Of a stretch of 64,000 bases of DNA, positions 41,001 to 51,281 are shown in pieces; positions within the stretch are counted from its first letter, which is position 1, and each line of letters starts with the position of its first letter. The position numbers were made by a program, and so were the translations under genes. Origin of the DNA: Calditrichaceae bacterium (GTDB lineage: Bacteria; Calditrichota; Calditrichia; Calditrichales; JBFXGD01); assembly GCA_050173015.1 (NCBI GenBank), contig JBFXLE010000004.1, forward strand, positions 32,001 through 96,000, in the 5' to 3' direction. The notes below the pieces were generated by a model. That model made no database searches, had not been told where the DNA came from, and saw only the letters and a program-made list of their open reading frames with translations.

Positions 41001-41639
41001 GCCACAAATTTTGCCGTTTATGATGTAACGGATTCTACCAATCATAAAAAAATCCAATATGGCTTTGTGGAGTCGCCAAGCACACCAAAGGATACCCTGA
41101 GTCATTTTGACAGCGTGTATTTATCAAATGAGGACGGAAGTCAGCTATCATGGCGCATAACATTTACAAAACCGCCTGCCTGGCTTGGTGTTGATGCTGC
41201 CGTGCCACAGGAAGGCGATAGCCTGTATTTGTCATTTTTTAAACCGTTTACTTCAAAAGACCGGTTTGTATATCATTCCAAATTGGCAAAAGTGGATTCT
41301 AAACTCGCGCGGGACGAAATGGACGATATCCGGGTAGTTCCCAATCCTTATGTGGTGACCAATGTGTATGAAGAACCGCTTCCGTCTCAGGTGCGTGGCA
41401 GGGGAGAACATGTGGTGAATTTTATAAACCTACCCGCCGGTTCGACGATTCAAATCTTTGCTTCAAACGGATATCATGTAAGAACAATCCAACACACCGG
41501 CAATTTGTTTGACGGTACAAGCACATGGGATTTAAGGACAAAAGAAGGATTGGATGTGGCCGCCGGCGTTTATTTTTACGTCATTGAAGCGCCCGGAATC
41601 AAGCAGAAAAAAATGGGTAAATTAGCAATCATTAAGTAG
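38085..41639 (+). CDS. Large secreted protein with Asp-rich DGxDND repeats, Fn3-like region and CTD
   Basis: Three DGxDNDxD motifs; FEGYKIYKS, YYYAVTAYD; IRVVPNPY...WDLRTKEG..VAAGVYFY...KLAIIK. Confidence 0.8.
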   Translation: MKQRVLMKNSSIYIFLIFMVFVLTGFNQSFGQYEKSTPTARRVGNHNGNQVRTTFTNYGVIGQPGSQGTNCAWKYDANGYATDIQPLVGVRLPIRDYRVAGVYDGVPDTLFSVIGCNADRSGVPDYDPGGGQFWGFEPIPGFFNPSLDALGIGVAMNHLPQTWPAYWPDHPDWIGSNGSAEWNGYFGRGVENSDQESYFLMDDANDLKMWQRYQFLPDSNDTSRKGQGIQVAVRGMQWSNFLAQDVIFWVYEITNVGTEVYDQASFGTLIGTYLGVGPQGGTEWMDDASFFNVREAIVYTWDFDQYINPSANPKWQPNPYEVGYIGYAFLESPGNPYDGIDNDGDNAPSGSAPYFNEGDFVPRTVKAGDRLILINKDTYERTLFVMPNERTNVVSLGKTFTLIPDTTILEEGNMKLGGTSGLTINKNAFDGLDNDLDGMIDENYQLHYRQYKETTEGKVLIDTLAPVQHFDYINGIGLNDLLIDEARDDGIDNDGDWDPMVDDVGADGKPGTGDYGEGDGQPTSGEPHFDQKDVDESDQLGLTSFDYFVPSTDIDMSDEKEMWERLRPGRFDVPESIVDNRAVRGEDGDFIFGSGYFPLLPGKTERFSMALVFGDDYEAVVRSKNIAQLIYNSNYNFPRPPTKPTLTAVPGDGSVTLYWDKEAEKSYDFSLQEFDFEGYKIYKSTDPGFSDAKVISNGYGQIVDYKPFVQYDLNNSVSGFFNSDPLLYELSSGKPFYLGNDSGIKNSFVDTDVINGRTYYYAVTAYDRGDETESIYPSENTKTIYRDAAGNLVLDRNTAAVTPTAPVAGYVTPESGLSADRVAGYSTFIPFAEIVDQTNLKPTTYEISFLDSLIRDVPVAFAYNIVDSASGDTVYWGNTNLQKENGDVFDGIRFSFNTRYQVLDSVRLDTSKSGWNNERNDNLVPVVSEFKFGNIVSTRFPKDYLFVFYEERNQTSSRLPLIFGTSSPLQTIATNFAVYDVTDSTNHKKIQYGFVESPSTPKDTLSHFDSVYLSNEDGSQLSWRITFTKPPAWLGVDAAVPQEGDSLYLSFFKPFTSKDRFVYHSKLAKVDSKLARDEMDDIRVVPNPYVVTNVYEEPLPSQVRGRGEHVVNFINLPAGSTIQIFASNGYHVRTIQHTGNLFDGTSTWDLRTKEGLDVAAGVYFYVIEAPGIKQKKMGKLAIIK

Positions 41640-41648
41640 AGAAAATCG

Positions 41649-42656
41649 ATGATTAAAAATACTGTCTATATATGTCTTATAATTTGCTCTCTGGTCCTTA
41701 ATGCTTTCGGCCAAACGAAAGTAGGGACAACGGCAGCTAATTTCTTAACCATACCTATCGGCGCCCGCGCTACAGGTATGGGGGGAGCCTTTGTCGCTAT
41801 AGCGAATGACGCGACGAGCGCGTATTGGAATCCGGCGGGATTGACGCGTCTAAGCGGAAATCAAATAAACGCGACGCATACACCATGGCTGGTAAATACG
41901 AATCTGAACTGGCTGAGTCTGGTGATGAAATTCGGGGAAAATGCATTGAGTGTCAGTATCAATCAACTCGACTATGGCAGTGAAGAAATTACAACCGCCG
42001 ACGCGCCGATGGGTACCGGGCAGAAATGGGAGGCGATGGATTTGTCCTTCGGTATTTCATACGCCAGGGAACTGACCGACCGTTTTTCATTTGGAACGAC
42101 TTTTAAAATTATTCAACAACAGATTTGGCACGAGACCGCTAATGCGATAGCCATGGATGTCGGTCTTATGTACAATACGGAATTCAGGGGGTTGACCATC
42201 GGGATGAATATCTCAAACTTTGGATCGGAATTGCAAATGACCGGTAAAGATCTGCTGCAGCCTGTTGATATTGATCCGGGAAATAGCGGAAATAACGATA
42301 ATATTGTGGCCAACATGGATACAGATTCCTGGCCTCTGCCATTGGCTTTTACGGTAGGGCTTGGTGTGGATATTTTTCAGAACGAAAATTGGCGCGTTAC
42401 GATGGCCAGCGACGCCACACATCCCAATAATCAGAAACTGCATATGAATCTTGGAACAGAGTTTTCCTGGCGTGAGATCCTTGCGTTGCGCGCGGGGTAT
42501 AATTCCATGTTTAAGGAAGAAGCGCAGGAGGGATTCGCTTTTGGATTTGGTCTCAATTATCCTTTCGGTGATTTAATAGTTTCATTAGATTATAGTTATA
42601 TGGAATTCGGAGTTTTTAATCCGATTTCACGTTATTCGTTAAATTTGCAATTTTAA
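41649..42656 (+). CDS. PorV/PorQ family outer-membrane protein
   Basis: FLTIPIGARATGMGGA, YWNPAGL, LRAGY, terminal Phe. Confidence 0.88.
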   Translation: MIKNTVYICLIICSLVLNAFGQTKVGTTAANFLTIPIGARATGMGGAFVAIANDATSAYWNPAGLTRLSGNQINATHTPWLVNTNLNWLSLVMKFGENALSVSINQLDYGSEEITTADAPMGTGQKWEAMDLSFGISYARELTDRFSFGTTFKIIQQQIWHETANAIAMDVGLMYNTEFRGLTIGMNISNFGSELQMTGKDLLQPVDIDPGNSGNNDNIVANMDTDSWPLPLAFTVGLGVDIFQNENWRVTMASDATHPNNQKLHMNLGTEFSWREILALRAGYNSMFKEEAQEGFAFGFGLNYPFGDLIVSLDYSYMEFGVFNPISRYSLNLQF

Positions 42657-42728
42657 GAACTGATTTTGGGTGTTATCCTGATCTGAAAATGGCAACAATC
42701 ACTCAAATGGAAAATGAAGGGAATCTCT

Positions 42729-44366
42729 ATGCAATTTGGCACCATTGATTATATCGTCTTTATCGGATATCTCCTTCTTATCGTCGGACTTGGTTTATGG
42801 GTATCACGTGACAAAAAAGGCCATATCAAAGACTCAAAAGATTATTTTCTTGCCAGTAAATCCCTGCCATGGTGGGCCATTGGCGCGTCCCTGATCGCCG
42901 CGAATATCTCGGCTGAGCAGTTTATTGGCATGTCCGGTTCGGGCTTTGCGATAGGCCTTGCCATCGCCTCGTATGAATGGATGGCGGCTATTACACTGAT
43001 CATCGTCGGGAAGTTTTTTCTCCCGATATTTATTGAAAAGAAACTGTACACTATTCCTGAATTTATTGAAAAGCGTTTCAGTACAAACCTGAAAACAATT
43101 CTTGCTGTTTTCTGGGTGGCGCTCTTTATATTCGTAAATCTCACCTCGGTGCTGTTCCTGGGAGGGAAGGCTCTGGATACCATTATCGGAAACGGTGACG
43201 GCAATTATATCATCTATGCCATCATATTCCTGGCATTTATAGCCGCTGCTTATTCTTTGTACGGCGGTCTCTCCGCTGTCGCATGGACTGACGTTGTACA
43301 GGTCGCGCTTCTGGTGATCGGCGGTTTAATTACATCGGTAATCGCGCTGAATCATGTCACACCCGAAGGTGGAGTGTTTGCCGGATTGGCTCATATCTAC
43401 GATCAGGCCGGGGATAAATTCCATATGATACTCTCCAGAGATAATCCAGAGTTTTTTAACCTGCCCGGGATAGCCGTTCTGATTGGCGGTATGTGGGTGG
43501 CGAATCTCTACTATTGGGGTTTTAACCAGTATATCATTCAGCGGACACTGGCGGCTAAATCGCTTAAAGAAGCTCAAAACGGTATCGCGTTCGCGGCATT
43601 CCTGAAATTAATTATTCCCGTAATCGTCGTGATTCCGGGAATCGTTGCTTATGTCCTATACGCGCAGCCGGAAGGAACCGCCGTTATTGAGGGCGTCAGA
43701 GAGGCTTTTAGTAACGGAAACGGCGGGATCAATTACGATAAAGCTTATCCGTGGCTGATCAGCGTATTTATCCCGACGGGATTGAAGGGACTGGTATTGG
43801 CCGCGTTGACCGCAGCGATTGTGTCTTCGGTCGCCTCTATGCTTAACTCCACATCGACGATATTTACCATGGATATTTTTAAACCGTATATCAATAAAAA
43901 CGCGTCAGAGAAACAGCTTGTCAGCGTTGGCCGGATCGCCGCGTTTGCCGCTTTGCTGATTGCCGTTTTTATGGCGCCGGTCATGGGTAATATTCCACAG
44001 ATGTTTCAGTATATCCAGGAATATACCGGTTTAGTCAGTCCGGGAATTCTGGCGGTATTTCTGATGGGTTTGTTCTGGAAAAAAGCCACCAACAAAGGAG
44101 CAATAGCGGGGGTTCTCTCATCCATCGTTATCGCGCTCGTTCTTAAGAGTCAGGTTGTTGATTTACCATGGATGGATCAGATGTTCTATACGATGCTGAT
44201 AACAATGGCAATAATCGCGGGTGTGAGTTTGACGACATCTGAAAGCTCCGATGATCCAAATGCGATTCAACTGGAACCGAAGATGTTTCAAACTTCCCAG
44301 GTGTTCAACATCAGCGCTTATATTGTTTTGATTGTTTTGGTGGTGCTGTACACTGCATTCTGGTAA
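42729..44366 (+). CDS. Sodium/glucose-galactose symporter (SGLT)
   Basis: ANISAEQFIGMSGSG, ASYEW, YYWGFNQYIIQR, AAIVSS, FQYIQEY. Confidence 0.93.
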   Translation: MQFGTIDYIVFIGYLLLIVGLGLWVSRDKKGHIKDSKDYFLASKSLPWWAIGASLIAANISAEQFIGMSGSGFAIGLAIASYEWMAAITLIIVGKFFLPIFIEKKLYTIPEFIEKRFSTNLKTILAVFWVALFIFVNLTSVLFLGGKALDTIIGNGDGNYIIYAIIFLAFIAAAYSLYGGLSAVAWTDVVQVALLVIGGLITSVIALNHVTPEGGVFAGLAHIYDQAGDKFHMILSRDNPEFFNLPGIAVLIGGMWVANLYYWGFNQYIIQRTLAAKSLKEAQNGIAFAAFLKLIIPVIVVIPGIVAYVLYAQPEGTAVIEGVREAFSNGNGGINYDKAYPWLISVFIPTGLKGLVLAALTAAIVSSVASMLNSTSTIFTMDIFKPYINKNASEKQLVSVGRIAAFAALLIAVFMAPVMGNIPQMFQYIQEYTGLVSPGILAVFLMGLFWKKATNKGAIAGVLSSIVIALVLKSQVVDLPWMDQMFYTMLITMAIIAGVSLTTSESSDDPNAIQLEPKMFQTSQVFNISAYIVLIVLVVLYTAFW

Positions 44367-44463
44367 TAAAAATTGTATGGATCGGAATGGATCCTGACCA
44401 ACGGTTGTAAATGTTCTCGTGTTTAACAATGCCGAAAGAAATATTTTGAAGGAAAACAAAAGG

Positions 44464-46233
44464 GTGTTGACAAAGAATTTAATATATTTGTGGAGTTCTT
44501 TTTTTATTTTATCATGCGGATCGACGGTCTCAGATGAATTTTCTCCCCTGATACATGAATCAGGACGCTGGTTTGCGGAGGTCCGGACGGAAAAAGCAAA
44601 TTACAAGGATGGAGAAAAAGTCAGCTTTCTGCTGTCATTCCATGATAAACCGCAGCAGGAATCTGAAGTTTTTATTCGTTACCGATATCTGAATACCGTT
44701 TTGGATTCTCAAACAATAAAGACACCGGACAGCCTGGGTATTCACTGGCAATGGAATCCCCCGGCTCATGATTTCAGGGGGTATTTGACTGAAATATTCC
44801 TGAAGTACAATAACCGCGTATTAGATCAAATCAACATCGCGATTGATGTTTCGTCTGACTGGAGCCGTTTCCCTCGTTATGGTTTCCTTTCACGCTATCC
44901 CGAACTGAGTCAAAGCGCCATTGATTCTGTTATGCGCCGTTTGAATCGTCATCATATAAACGGGATTCAGTTTTATGACTGGCATTTTAAACATCATATG
45001 CCCCTGAGCACAAAGGACGGGCAAGTGACGGATACCTGGCCTGATATAGCCAAACGGCCCATACATCGCGAGACGATTGAAAAATATATAAAAGCTTGCG
45101 CTAAGTATGGTATGAAATCGATGGCCTATAATCTTTTGTATGGAAGCTGGGAGGACGGGCCGCGGGACGGAGCGCCCGCGAGTTGGCGGTTGTATCGCGA
45201 CCAAACTCAGAAGGAACCGGTTAAAATTGATTTTGATTCGAGCTGGTCAAGTGATATTTATTGGATGAATCCGGACAATAGGGACTGGCAGAATTATATT
45301 TTTCATCAGACTGAAAAAGTGTTTAACGCGTTACCATTTGATGGCTGGCATGTGGATCAGCTGGGTGACTGGGGGAAGATGTGGACGGCTGATGGCAGGG
45401 AAATCATGCCGGATACGACATTTGGAGATTTTTTGACATCCGCGCGTCAATATCTCAATCGACCTCTGGTTATGAATGCTGTATCGCAGTACGGACAGGA
45501 AGAGATTGCCGCAAGCCCGGTCGAATTTCTGTACTCCGAAGTCTGGGACCCTGACAGTACATACGCTGATTTGCTAAAGATTATCCGGCAAAACGATACC
45601 CTTGGAAATTCCCGGTTAAAGACTGTGTTCGCGGCATATGTGAATCAGGGCCTTGCCGAAAAGCCCGGCATGGCGAACACCGCTTCCGTTTTATTGGCTG
45701 ATGCCCTTATCTTTGCCGCGGGTGGAGATCACCTCGAATTGGGAGAGCATCTGCTGGTTCATCCATATTTCCCGAATAATAATCTTAAAATGGATGCCGC
45801 GTTACAAAAAAGTATGCTCGATTATTATGATTTTATGGTAGCGTATCAAAATATTTTAAGAGGGAATTTAAAAGACTCAGACATGAAAATTGAATCGGAC
45901 CAAAGGATTGAATTGAGTAAGGTACCGGAGCAGGGTAAAATATGGTATTCCGCTAAAACGGATAATCGGCGGAGCGTCGCGCATCTGGTAAATTTTTCAT
46001 CGGCCAAAACGATGAACTGGCGTGATGATAAGGGAATACAGACCGAACCGGATCTGATTAATCTATTGTCCATTTCATTTAATAGTACATCGCCCATACG
46101 TCAGATTTGGTATGCCTCTCCTGATTTTAATTCCGGTTCCCCTTTTACTATACCTTTCAAACAGGACGGAGATAAGATATTCCTGAAGCTGCCGCGATTC
46201 AGATACTGGTCTATGCTGGTGATGGAACAATAG
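44464..46233 (+). CDS. GH66 dextranase-type lipoprotein
   Basis: DVSSDWSRFPRYGF, QFYDW, DGWHVDQLG, YSEVW, YDFMVAYQN; lipobox ILSC; start approximate. Confidence 0.88.
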   Translation: MLTKNLIYLWSSFFILSCGSTVSDEFSPLIHESGRWFAEVRTEKANYKDGEKVSFLLSFHDKPQQESEVFIRYRYLNTVLDSQTIKTPDSLGIHWQWNPPAHDFRGYLTEIFLKYNNRVLDQINIAIDVSSDWSRFPRYGFLSRYPELSQSAIDSVMRRLNRHHINGIQFYDWHFKHHMPLSTKDGQVTDTWPDIAKRPIHRETIEKYIKACAKYGMKSMAYNLLYGSWEDGPRDGAPASWRLYRDQTQKEPVKIDFDSSWSSDIYWMNPDNRDWQNYIFHQTEKVFNALPFDGWHVDQLGDWGKMWTADGREIMPDTTFGDFLTSARQYLNRPLVMNAVSQYGQEEIAASPVEFLYSEVWDPDSTYADLLKIIRQNDTLGNSRLKTVFAAYVNQGLAEKPGMANTASVLLADALIFAAGGDHLELGEHLLVHPYFPNNNLKMDAALQKSMLDYYDFMVAYQNILRGNLKDSDMKIESDQRIELSKVPEQGKIWYSAKTDNRRSVAHLVNFSSAKTMNWRDDKGIQTEPDLINLLSISFNSTSPIRQIWYASPDFNSGSPFTIPFKQDGDKIFLKLPRFRYWSMLVMEQ

Positions 46234-46242
46234 GAGATTTTA

Positions 46243-48291
46243 ATGCTTTTTCGGCTGAAAAATATATGGCGTGTAACATTTTTGGTGATGGTGGTATTCA
46301 CACTGCAATCCCGCGCGGATAGCCTGGGTGAAATCAGGACAGATCAGGCCAGATATTCACCCGGTGATAGTGTAAACTTTAACCTTGAAATAACGGAATT
46401 ACCTGGTAATTCCATCTTAAAAATTGAATATCTCTTTCTAAACAGGGTTGTTGACAGCGTTTCATATTATCCGGGAAACGCGGGTAATTTTGAATGGGTA
46501 TGGCAGACGCCCAATGATGATTTTCGGGGATATTTGGTGGTTATTTCCCTCATGCAGGATGCCGTGATAAGTGACAGGACCGTCATCGGGGTGGACGTGT
46601 CCTCCGATTGGAGCCGTTTCCCGCGTTACGGTTTTTTATCCGCGTATCCGTACTTAAGTCAGGCCGGTGTTGACGCGACCATAGCCGAGTTAAACCGCTA
46701 TCATATTAACGGAATCCAATATTATGACTGGCATTATAAACATCATCTCCCGTTAAAGGGAACACCGGAAAATCCCGCCGGTACCTGGCCCGACATTGCC
46801 AACAGGACAAATTATTTCGCGACAATCAAACGGTACATCGATACCGGCCATCTGCATGGTATGAAAGCCATGGCCTATAATTTACTTTACGGCGCCTATG
46901 AAGACGCGCAAAATGATGGTGTACAGGATGAATGGCGGCTTTTTAAAGACACTTTTCATTCTGACCCTGATTTTCATGATTTACCGGATACATGGGCCAG
47001 TGACATCTATTTAATTGATCCATCCAATCCCGCTTGGAAAAATTATATTTTTGATAAAATGTCCGATGTTTTTGAGGCGTTACCCTTTGACGGTTGGCAT
47101 ATTGATCAGTTAGGTGACAGAGGGGCGCGTTATAACTACAGCGGCCAGCGGGTGGATCTTAATCAAACTTTTTTACCGTATATAGAACAAACGAAGGATG
47201 CCATGGATGTTTCGCTGGTGATGAATGCCGTCAACCAGTATGGGCAGCAGGATATCGCGAAAAGTCCGGTGGATTTTCTGTACACGGAAGTCTGGTGGCC
47301 CAATGAAACCTATTCAGATCTCGTCTTTATCATTCTGGATAACGCCTCCTATTCCGAAAATAAGCTGTCGACAGTATTGGCCGCCTATATGGATCGTTCA
47401 CTTTCTTCCCAAAGCGGCTATTTTAATGCTCCGGGCGTTTTTTTGACGGACGCGGTAATATTCGCCGCGGGCGGATCGCATCTGGAATTGGGAGAGCATA
47501 TGCTTGCCAATGAGTACTTTCCCAACAACAATCTGCAGATGTCTGAGGATCTGAAAAATCAATTGGTTCATTACTATGATTTCCTGGTGGCATATCAGAA
47601 CCTGCTGCGTGACGGCGGCGATTTTAATCAGGTTTATCTTACATCGGAAAACGATATTTCAATTAAATATTACGCGCAAAAAGGGAGTGTGTGGAATTTT
47701 TCAAAACTGAAAGGTGATTTGCAGATTTTTCATTTAATCAATTTTAAAGACGCCACTTCACTTAATTGGCGGGACGATACAGGCACACAGCCGGAGCCTG
47801 AAACAATCTCAAATACACCAGTCTATTTTACGACTCAGGAAAAAGTAAAATCCCTATGGCTGGCCACTCCCGATTTTAATGGCGGTAATCCCGAAAACTT
47901 ACTTTTTAGTCAGAAGAATGACACGGTTTATTTTGAAATACCGTATTTAAAGTATTGGGATATGCTTGTGGCTGAATATGATGTGAACACGGGCATTGAT
48001 GATGGTGATTTAATCTATCCGGGACAAGCCAGGATGCTGGGCAATTACCCCAATCCGTTTAACCCGGAGACCCGGATCAGTTTTGAGCTGAATGCGTCGA
48101 TGCATATCGAGTTGTCGGTTTATAATATCGCGGGGCAAAAAATCGCGACTTTGGCGAATCAAAAATTTACATCAGGGCAGCATTCCGTTTCATGGAAACC
48201 GGAAAGCAGTTTGGCCAGCGCGGTTTATTTTGCCGTTCTTAAAACAAATGAGGGCAACGTACTTTTTCACAAACTGCTCTATTTAAAATAA
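46243..48291 (+). CDS. GH66 dextranase-type enzyme with T9SS CTD
   Basis: Same GH66 motifs (QYYDW, DGWHIDQLG, YTEVW, EYFPN); NYPNPFNP CTD. Confidence 0.9.
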   Translation: MLFRLKNIWRVTFLVMVVFTLQSRADSLGEIRTDQARYSPGDSVNFNLEITELPGNSILKIEYLFLNRVVDSVSYYPGNAGNFEWVWQTPNDDFRGYLVVISLMQDAVISDRTVIGVDVSSDWSRFPRYGFLSAYPYLSQAGVDATIAELNRYHINGIQYYDWHYKHHLPLKGTPENPAGTWPDIANRTNYFATIKRYIDTGHLHGMKAMAYNLLYGAYEDAQNDGVQDEWRLFKDTFHSDPDFHDLPDTWASDIYLIDPSNPAWKNYIFDKMSDVFEALPFDGWHIDQLGDRGARYNYSGQRVDLNQTFLPYIEQTKDAMDVSLVMNAVNQYGQQDIAKSPVDFLYTEVWWPNETYSDLVFIILDNASYSENKLSTVLAAYMDRSLSSQSGYFNAPGVFLTDAVIFAAGGSHLELGEHMLANEYFPNNNLQMSEDLKNQLVHYYDFLVAYQNLLRDGGDFNQVYLTSENDISIKYYAQKGSVWNFSKLKGDLQIFHLINFKDATSLNWRDDTGTQPEPETISNTPVYFTTQEKVKSLWLATPDFNGGNPENLLFSQKNDTVYFEIPYLKYWDMLVAEYDVNTGIDDGDLIYPGQARMLGNYPNPFNPETRISFELNASMHIELSVYNIAGQKIATLANQKFTSGQHSVSWKPESSLASAVYFAVLKTNEGNVLFHKLLYLK

Positions 48292-48307
48292 AAATTACTG
48301 AAACGAG

Positions 48308-50968
48308 GTGGGAGTGAGACGATCCAGTTTATTTATAATAATGATATTAATGATTGCCGGTTCATGTATGCAGTCAAAAATCTACAAGTCAGAAAAGTTT
48401 GAAATAACCCAAAACAAAGTGGTTCAGGGTCAATACTACGCGGAAGCGGTTAGCCCGGAACATATCAAATCCACTTATCAAAGTGATTTCAAAACTCCTA
48501 CTAAAAGAGAAATATTTTTTAAATTCAGTTTAAATGGCGGAGATAACGAGCGTTTTCCGGGAGAAGATCACCGGATTATTCTGGATGATAACAGTCAGGA
48601 TATGATATCAGAGATCTACCTTTTTGGGGAAAATGATCCGGATCAGGTCATTCACTCAAAAGTAACAGGCGCTCCTGAATTATACAAAGCGGTATTGGTC
48701 ACTTTCAGATGTGATATGAATAATGTGTTAAACGCATTCAGGACGAACGGATTTTACATTACCAAAACCGGCGAACGCATAACCAGGGAACAGTTCAATG
48801 GACTTTATATCGCCGGCGCCCAGTTACCACTCACCTGGGAATTTGGTTCTCTGAGCTCAAAGGATGAATTTCGGTTAAACGATGAAGATGGTGACGGCAT
48901 CTTTGAAATAACACTCAAATTTAACCCAACCCAGGTTGAAAACGACAAGGAAGGCGAATGGAGCTTAAGTACAGATATATCATCTCTGCCTCAATATAAA
49001 TCCGGCATTCCAATTATGGATGCATTGTACAACTTATCTTTGGAAGAATTGTTGCTGGATATCCGGGAAGACGGCGCCTTTATGGCGGGTCAAAAATGGC
49101 CGGGTGTGTGGACGCGCGATGTCAGCTACAGTATTTTACTTTCGCTGGCCGCCATAAGGCCCGATGCCGCCAAAAAGAGTTTGATGAAAAAGGTTCAGAA
49201 CGACAGGATCATTCAGGATACAGGAACGGGCGGTTCCTGGCCGGTTTCCACCGATAGAATGACCTGGACACTGGCGGCCTGGGAAATCTATCAGGTTACC
49301 GGAGATCAGGATTGGTTACGGTACGCGTTTGGCATAATCAAAAACTCAGCCCGGGATGATCTGGCTACGGCGTTCAATCCGTCAACCGGTTTATTTTATG
49401 GTGAATCGTCTTTTTTGGACTGGAGGGAACAAACCTATCCTTTGTGGATGGATCCCAAAGATATCTATAAATCACAATGTCTGGGGACAAATGCCGTTCA
49501 TTTTCAGACCTATCATATTTTAGCTCAAATGGCAGAGATTTTGGGCGAAGACGGAAATGACTATCGTACCCGTGCCATTCAAGTGAAGGACGCGGTAAAC
49601 AAATGGTTGTGGCTTCCTGAAAAAGGGTATTACGGGCAATATTTATATGGCCGGACATTTCTGACTCTATCCCCTAAATCCGAAACCCTCGGTGAAGCAT
49701 TAAGCATAATATTTAATATCACCGATGAAGACCGGCAAAGTTCGATTATGAGTAACATGCCTTTAACTGAATTTGGACCGGTCTGCATATATCCGCAAAT
49801 CCCGGATTTACCTCCATATCACAACAATGGTATCTGGCCATTTGTTTCGGCATACTGGACCTGGGCGGCAGCAGAAGCGAAGAATGTCAAAGCGGTCGAA
49901 CACGGCCTGGCCTCGGTTTACCGCAGCGCCGCTCTGTTTCTGACCAACAAGGAAAATATGGTCGCTCAATCGGGTGATTATCTGGGAACCGAGATCAATT
50001 CGGACCGGCAATTGTGGAGTGTCGCCGGTAATCTGGCGATGACATACCGCGTATTTTTCGGAATGCGCTTCACTCCGGATTCCCTACGATTCAATCCGTT
50101 TATTCCCGAGTCATATGCCGGATTAAAGGAGCTGAAGAATTTTCCGTTCCGAAACGCGAGCCTTAATATTACAATTAGCGGTTTTGGAGATGCTATCAAG
50201 GAAATTCAACTGGATGGAGAAAAATTGGAACATGCCGCGATTCCCGGCAGCATAACGGGACAACATACAATCGCCATCATTATGAACGGAAAACTGCCGG
50301 CGAATACAAGGATCAATCTGGTTGAAAATTATACCGCACCGCAAACTCCCGTAATAAAAGTTGATCAGAACGCGCTGGTTTGGCAACCGGTCAGTCCGGA
50401 CGCGGAATACATCATTGTAAAAAATGGCAGAGAAGAGGCCAAAAGTAAAGAAACCGTATTTAAACTTCCCGATTCGAATGAGCGCGCGGAATACCAGGTG
50501 AAAGCAATTGACCCTAAAGGTTATGAATCATTTTTAAGTGAACCGGTATTGGTGAATATGGAAGAAAAAACACTGTACGCGTACCCGCCGCGGAATCAGT
50601 CAGCCGGCAAAGACGCTTATCTTGTATTGAGCAAAACTAAAAATATCCGTATTGATTTGCGGGTGAAGATTGATGAGTCCGGCACCTACAGTATCGACTG
50701 TTTTTACGCGAACGGCAACGGACCAATCAATACAAACAATCAATGCGCCATCCGTACACTGGTAATTGATGGAACGGTCGCGGGCAAAATGGTGATGGCG
50801 CAGCGCGGCACCGAAAAATGGGACGATTGGGGGTATAGCAACAGTATTCTCAGGAATTTTGATAAAGGCGCGCACACCATCACTTTGTTATATGACGCGA
50901 CCGATGAAAATATGAACGGTGAAGTAAATACGGCGCACCTGCAACATATCCGTTTGTTTAAGATATAG
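48308..50968 (+). CDS. Six-hairpin glycoside hydrolase lipoprotein (amylo-alpha-1,6-glucosidase-like) with CBM-like modules
   Basis: Lipobox AGSC; WPGVWTRD, QDTGTGGSWP, GESSFLDWREQ, YHNNGIWP, QLWSVA; CBM35-like tail YANG...WGYSN. Confidence 0.8.
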   Translation: MGVRRSSLFIIMILMIAGSCMQSKIYKSEKFEITQNKVVQGQYYAEAVSPEHIKSTYQSDFKTPTKREIFFKFSLNGGDNERFPGEDHRIILDDNSQDMISEIYLFGENDPDQVIHSKVTGAPELYKAVLVTFRCDMNNVLNAFRTNGFYITKTGERITREQFNGLYIAGAQLPLTWEFGSLSSKDEFRLNDEDGDGIFEITLKFNPTQVENDKEGEWSLSTDISSLPQYKSGIPIMDALYNLSLEELLLDIREDGAFMAGQKWPGVWTRDVSYSILLSLAAIRPDAAKKSLMKKVQNDRIIQDTGTGGSWPVSTDRMTWTLAAWEIYQVTGDQDWLRYAFGIIKNSARDDLATAFNPSTGLFYGESSFLDWREQTYPLWMDPKDIYKSQCLGTNAVHFQTYHILAQMAEILGEDGNDYRTRAIQVKDAVNKWLWLPEKGYYGQYLYGRTFLTLSPKSETLGEALSIIFNITDEDRQSSIMSNMPLTEFGPVCIYPQIPDLPPYHNNGIWPFVSAYWTWAAAEAKNVKAVEHGLASVYRSAALFLTNKENMVAQSGDYLGTEINSDRQLWSVAGNLAMTYRVFFGMRFTPDSLRFNPFIPESYAGLKELKNFPFRNASLNITISGFGDAIKEIQLDGEKLEHAAIPGSITGQHTIAIIMNGKLPANTRINLVENYTAPQTPVIKVDQNALVWQPVSPDAEYIIVKNGREEAKSKETVFKLPDSNERAEYQVKAIDPKGYESFLSEPVLVNMEEKTLYAYPPRNQSAGKDAYLVLSKTKNIRIDLRVKIDESGTYSIDCFYANGNGPINTNNQCAIRTLVIDGTVAGKMVMAQRGTEKWDDWGYSNSILRNFDKGAHTITLLYDATDENMNGEVNTAHLQHIRLFKI

Positions 50969-51084
50969 AAGCAGGGGAAGATTGGCGTAATGGTAATATT
51001 CTTTTACAATGCGCCTGTCACAACAAATAGTCAGAATATTTAGTAAATCACTGACATCTTACTTATCGAAATTTTCAAATGCTT

Positions 51085-51131
51085 ACCGGTATGAGAAGGG
51101 AAATATGTTTCATTTCTCATGCCGGTTTTTT
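51085..51131 (+). terminator. Intrinsic terminator closing the glucan locus
   Basis: ACCGGTATGAGAA / TTCTCATGCCGGT followed by a T-run. Confidence 0.75.
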
Positions 51132-51281
51132 ATATGGAATTAACCGATGCAGTTCGAACAAAGCTCTATATATTAATTTTTTTTATTCTCCTTTTTCAGT
51201 TAAACAATTATATATTGGTAGAGGTAAAGCATTCATGTTTCAGGATGAGCGATTCTATTGTATAATGAATGGGGATAATCT

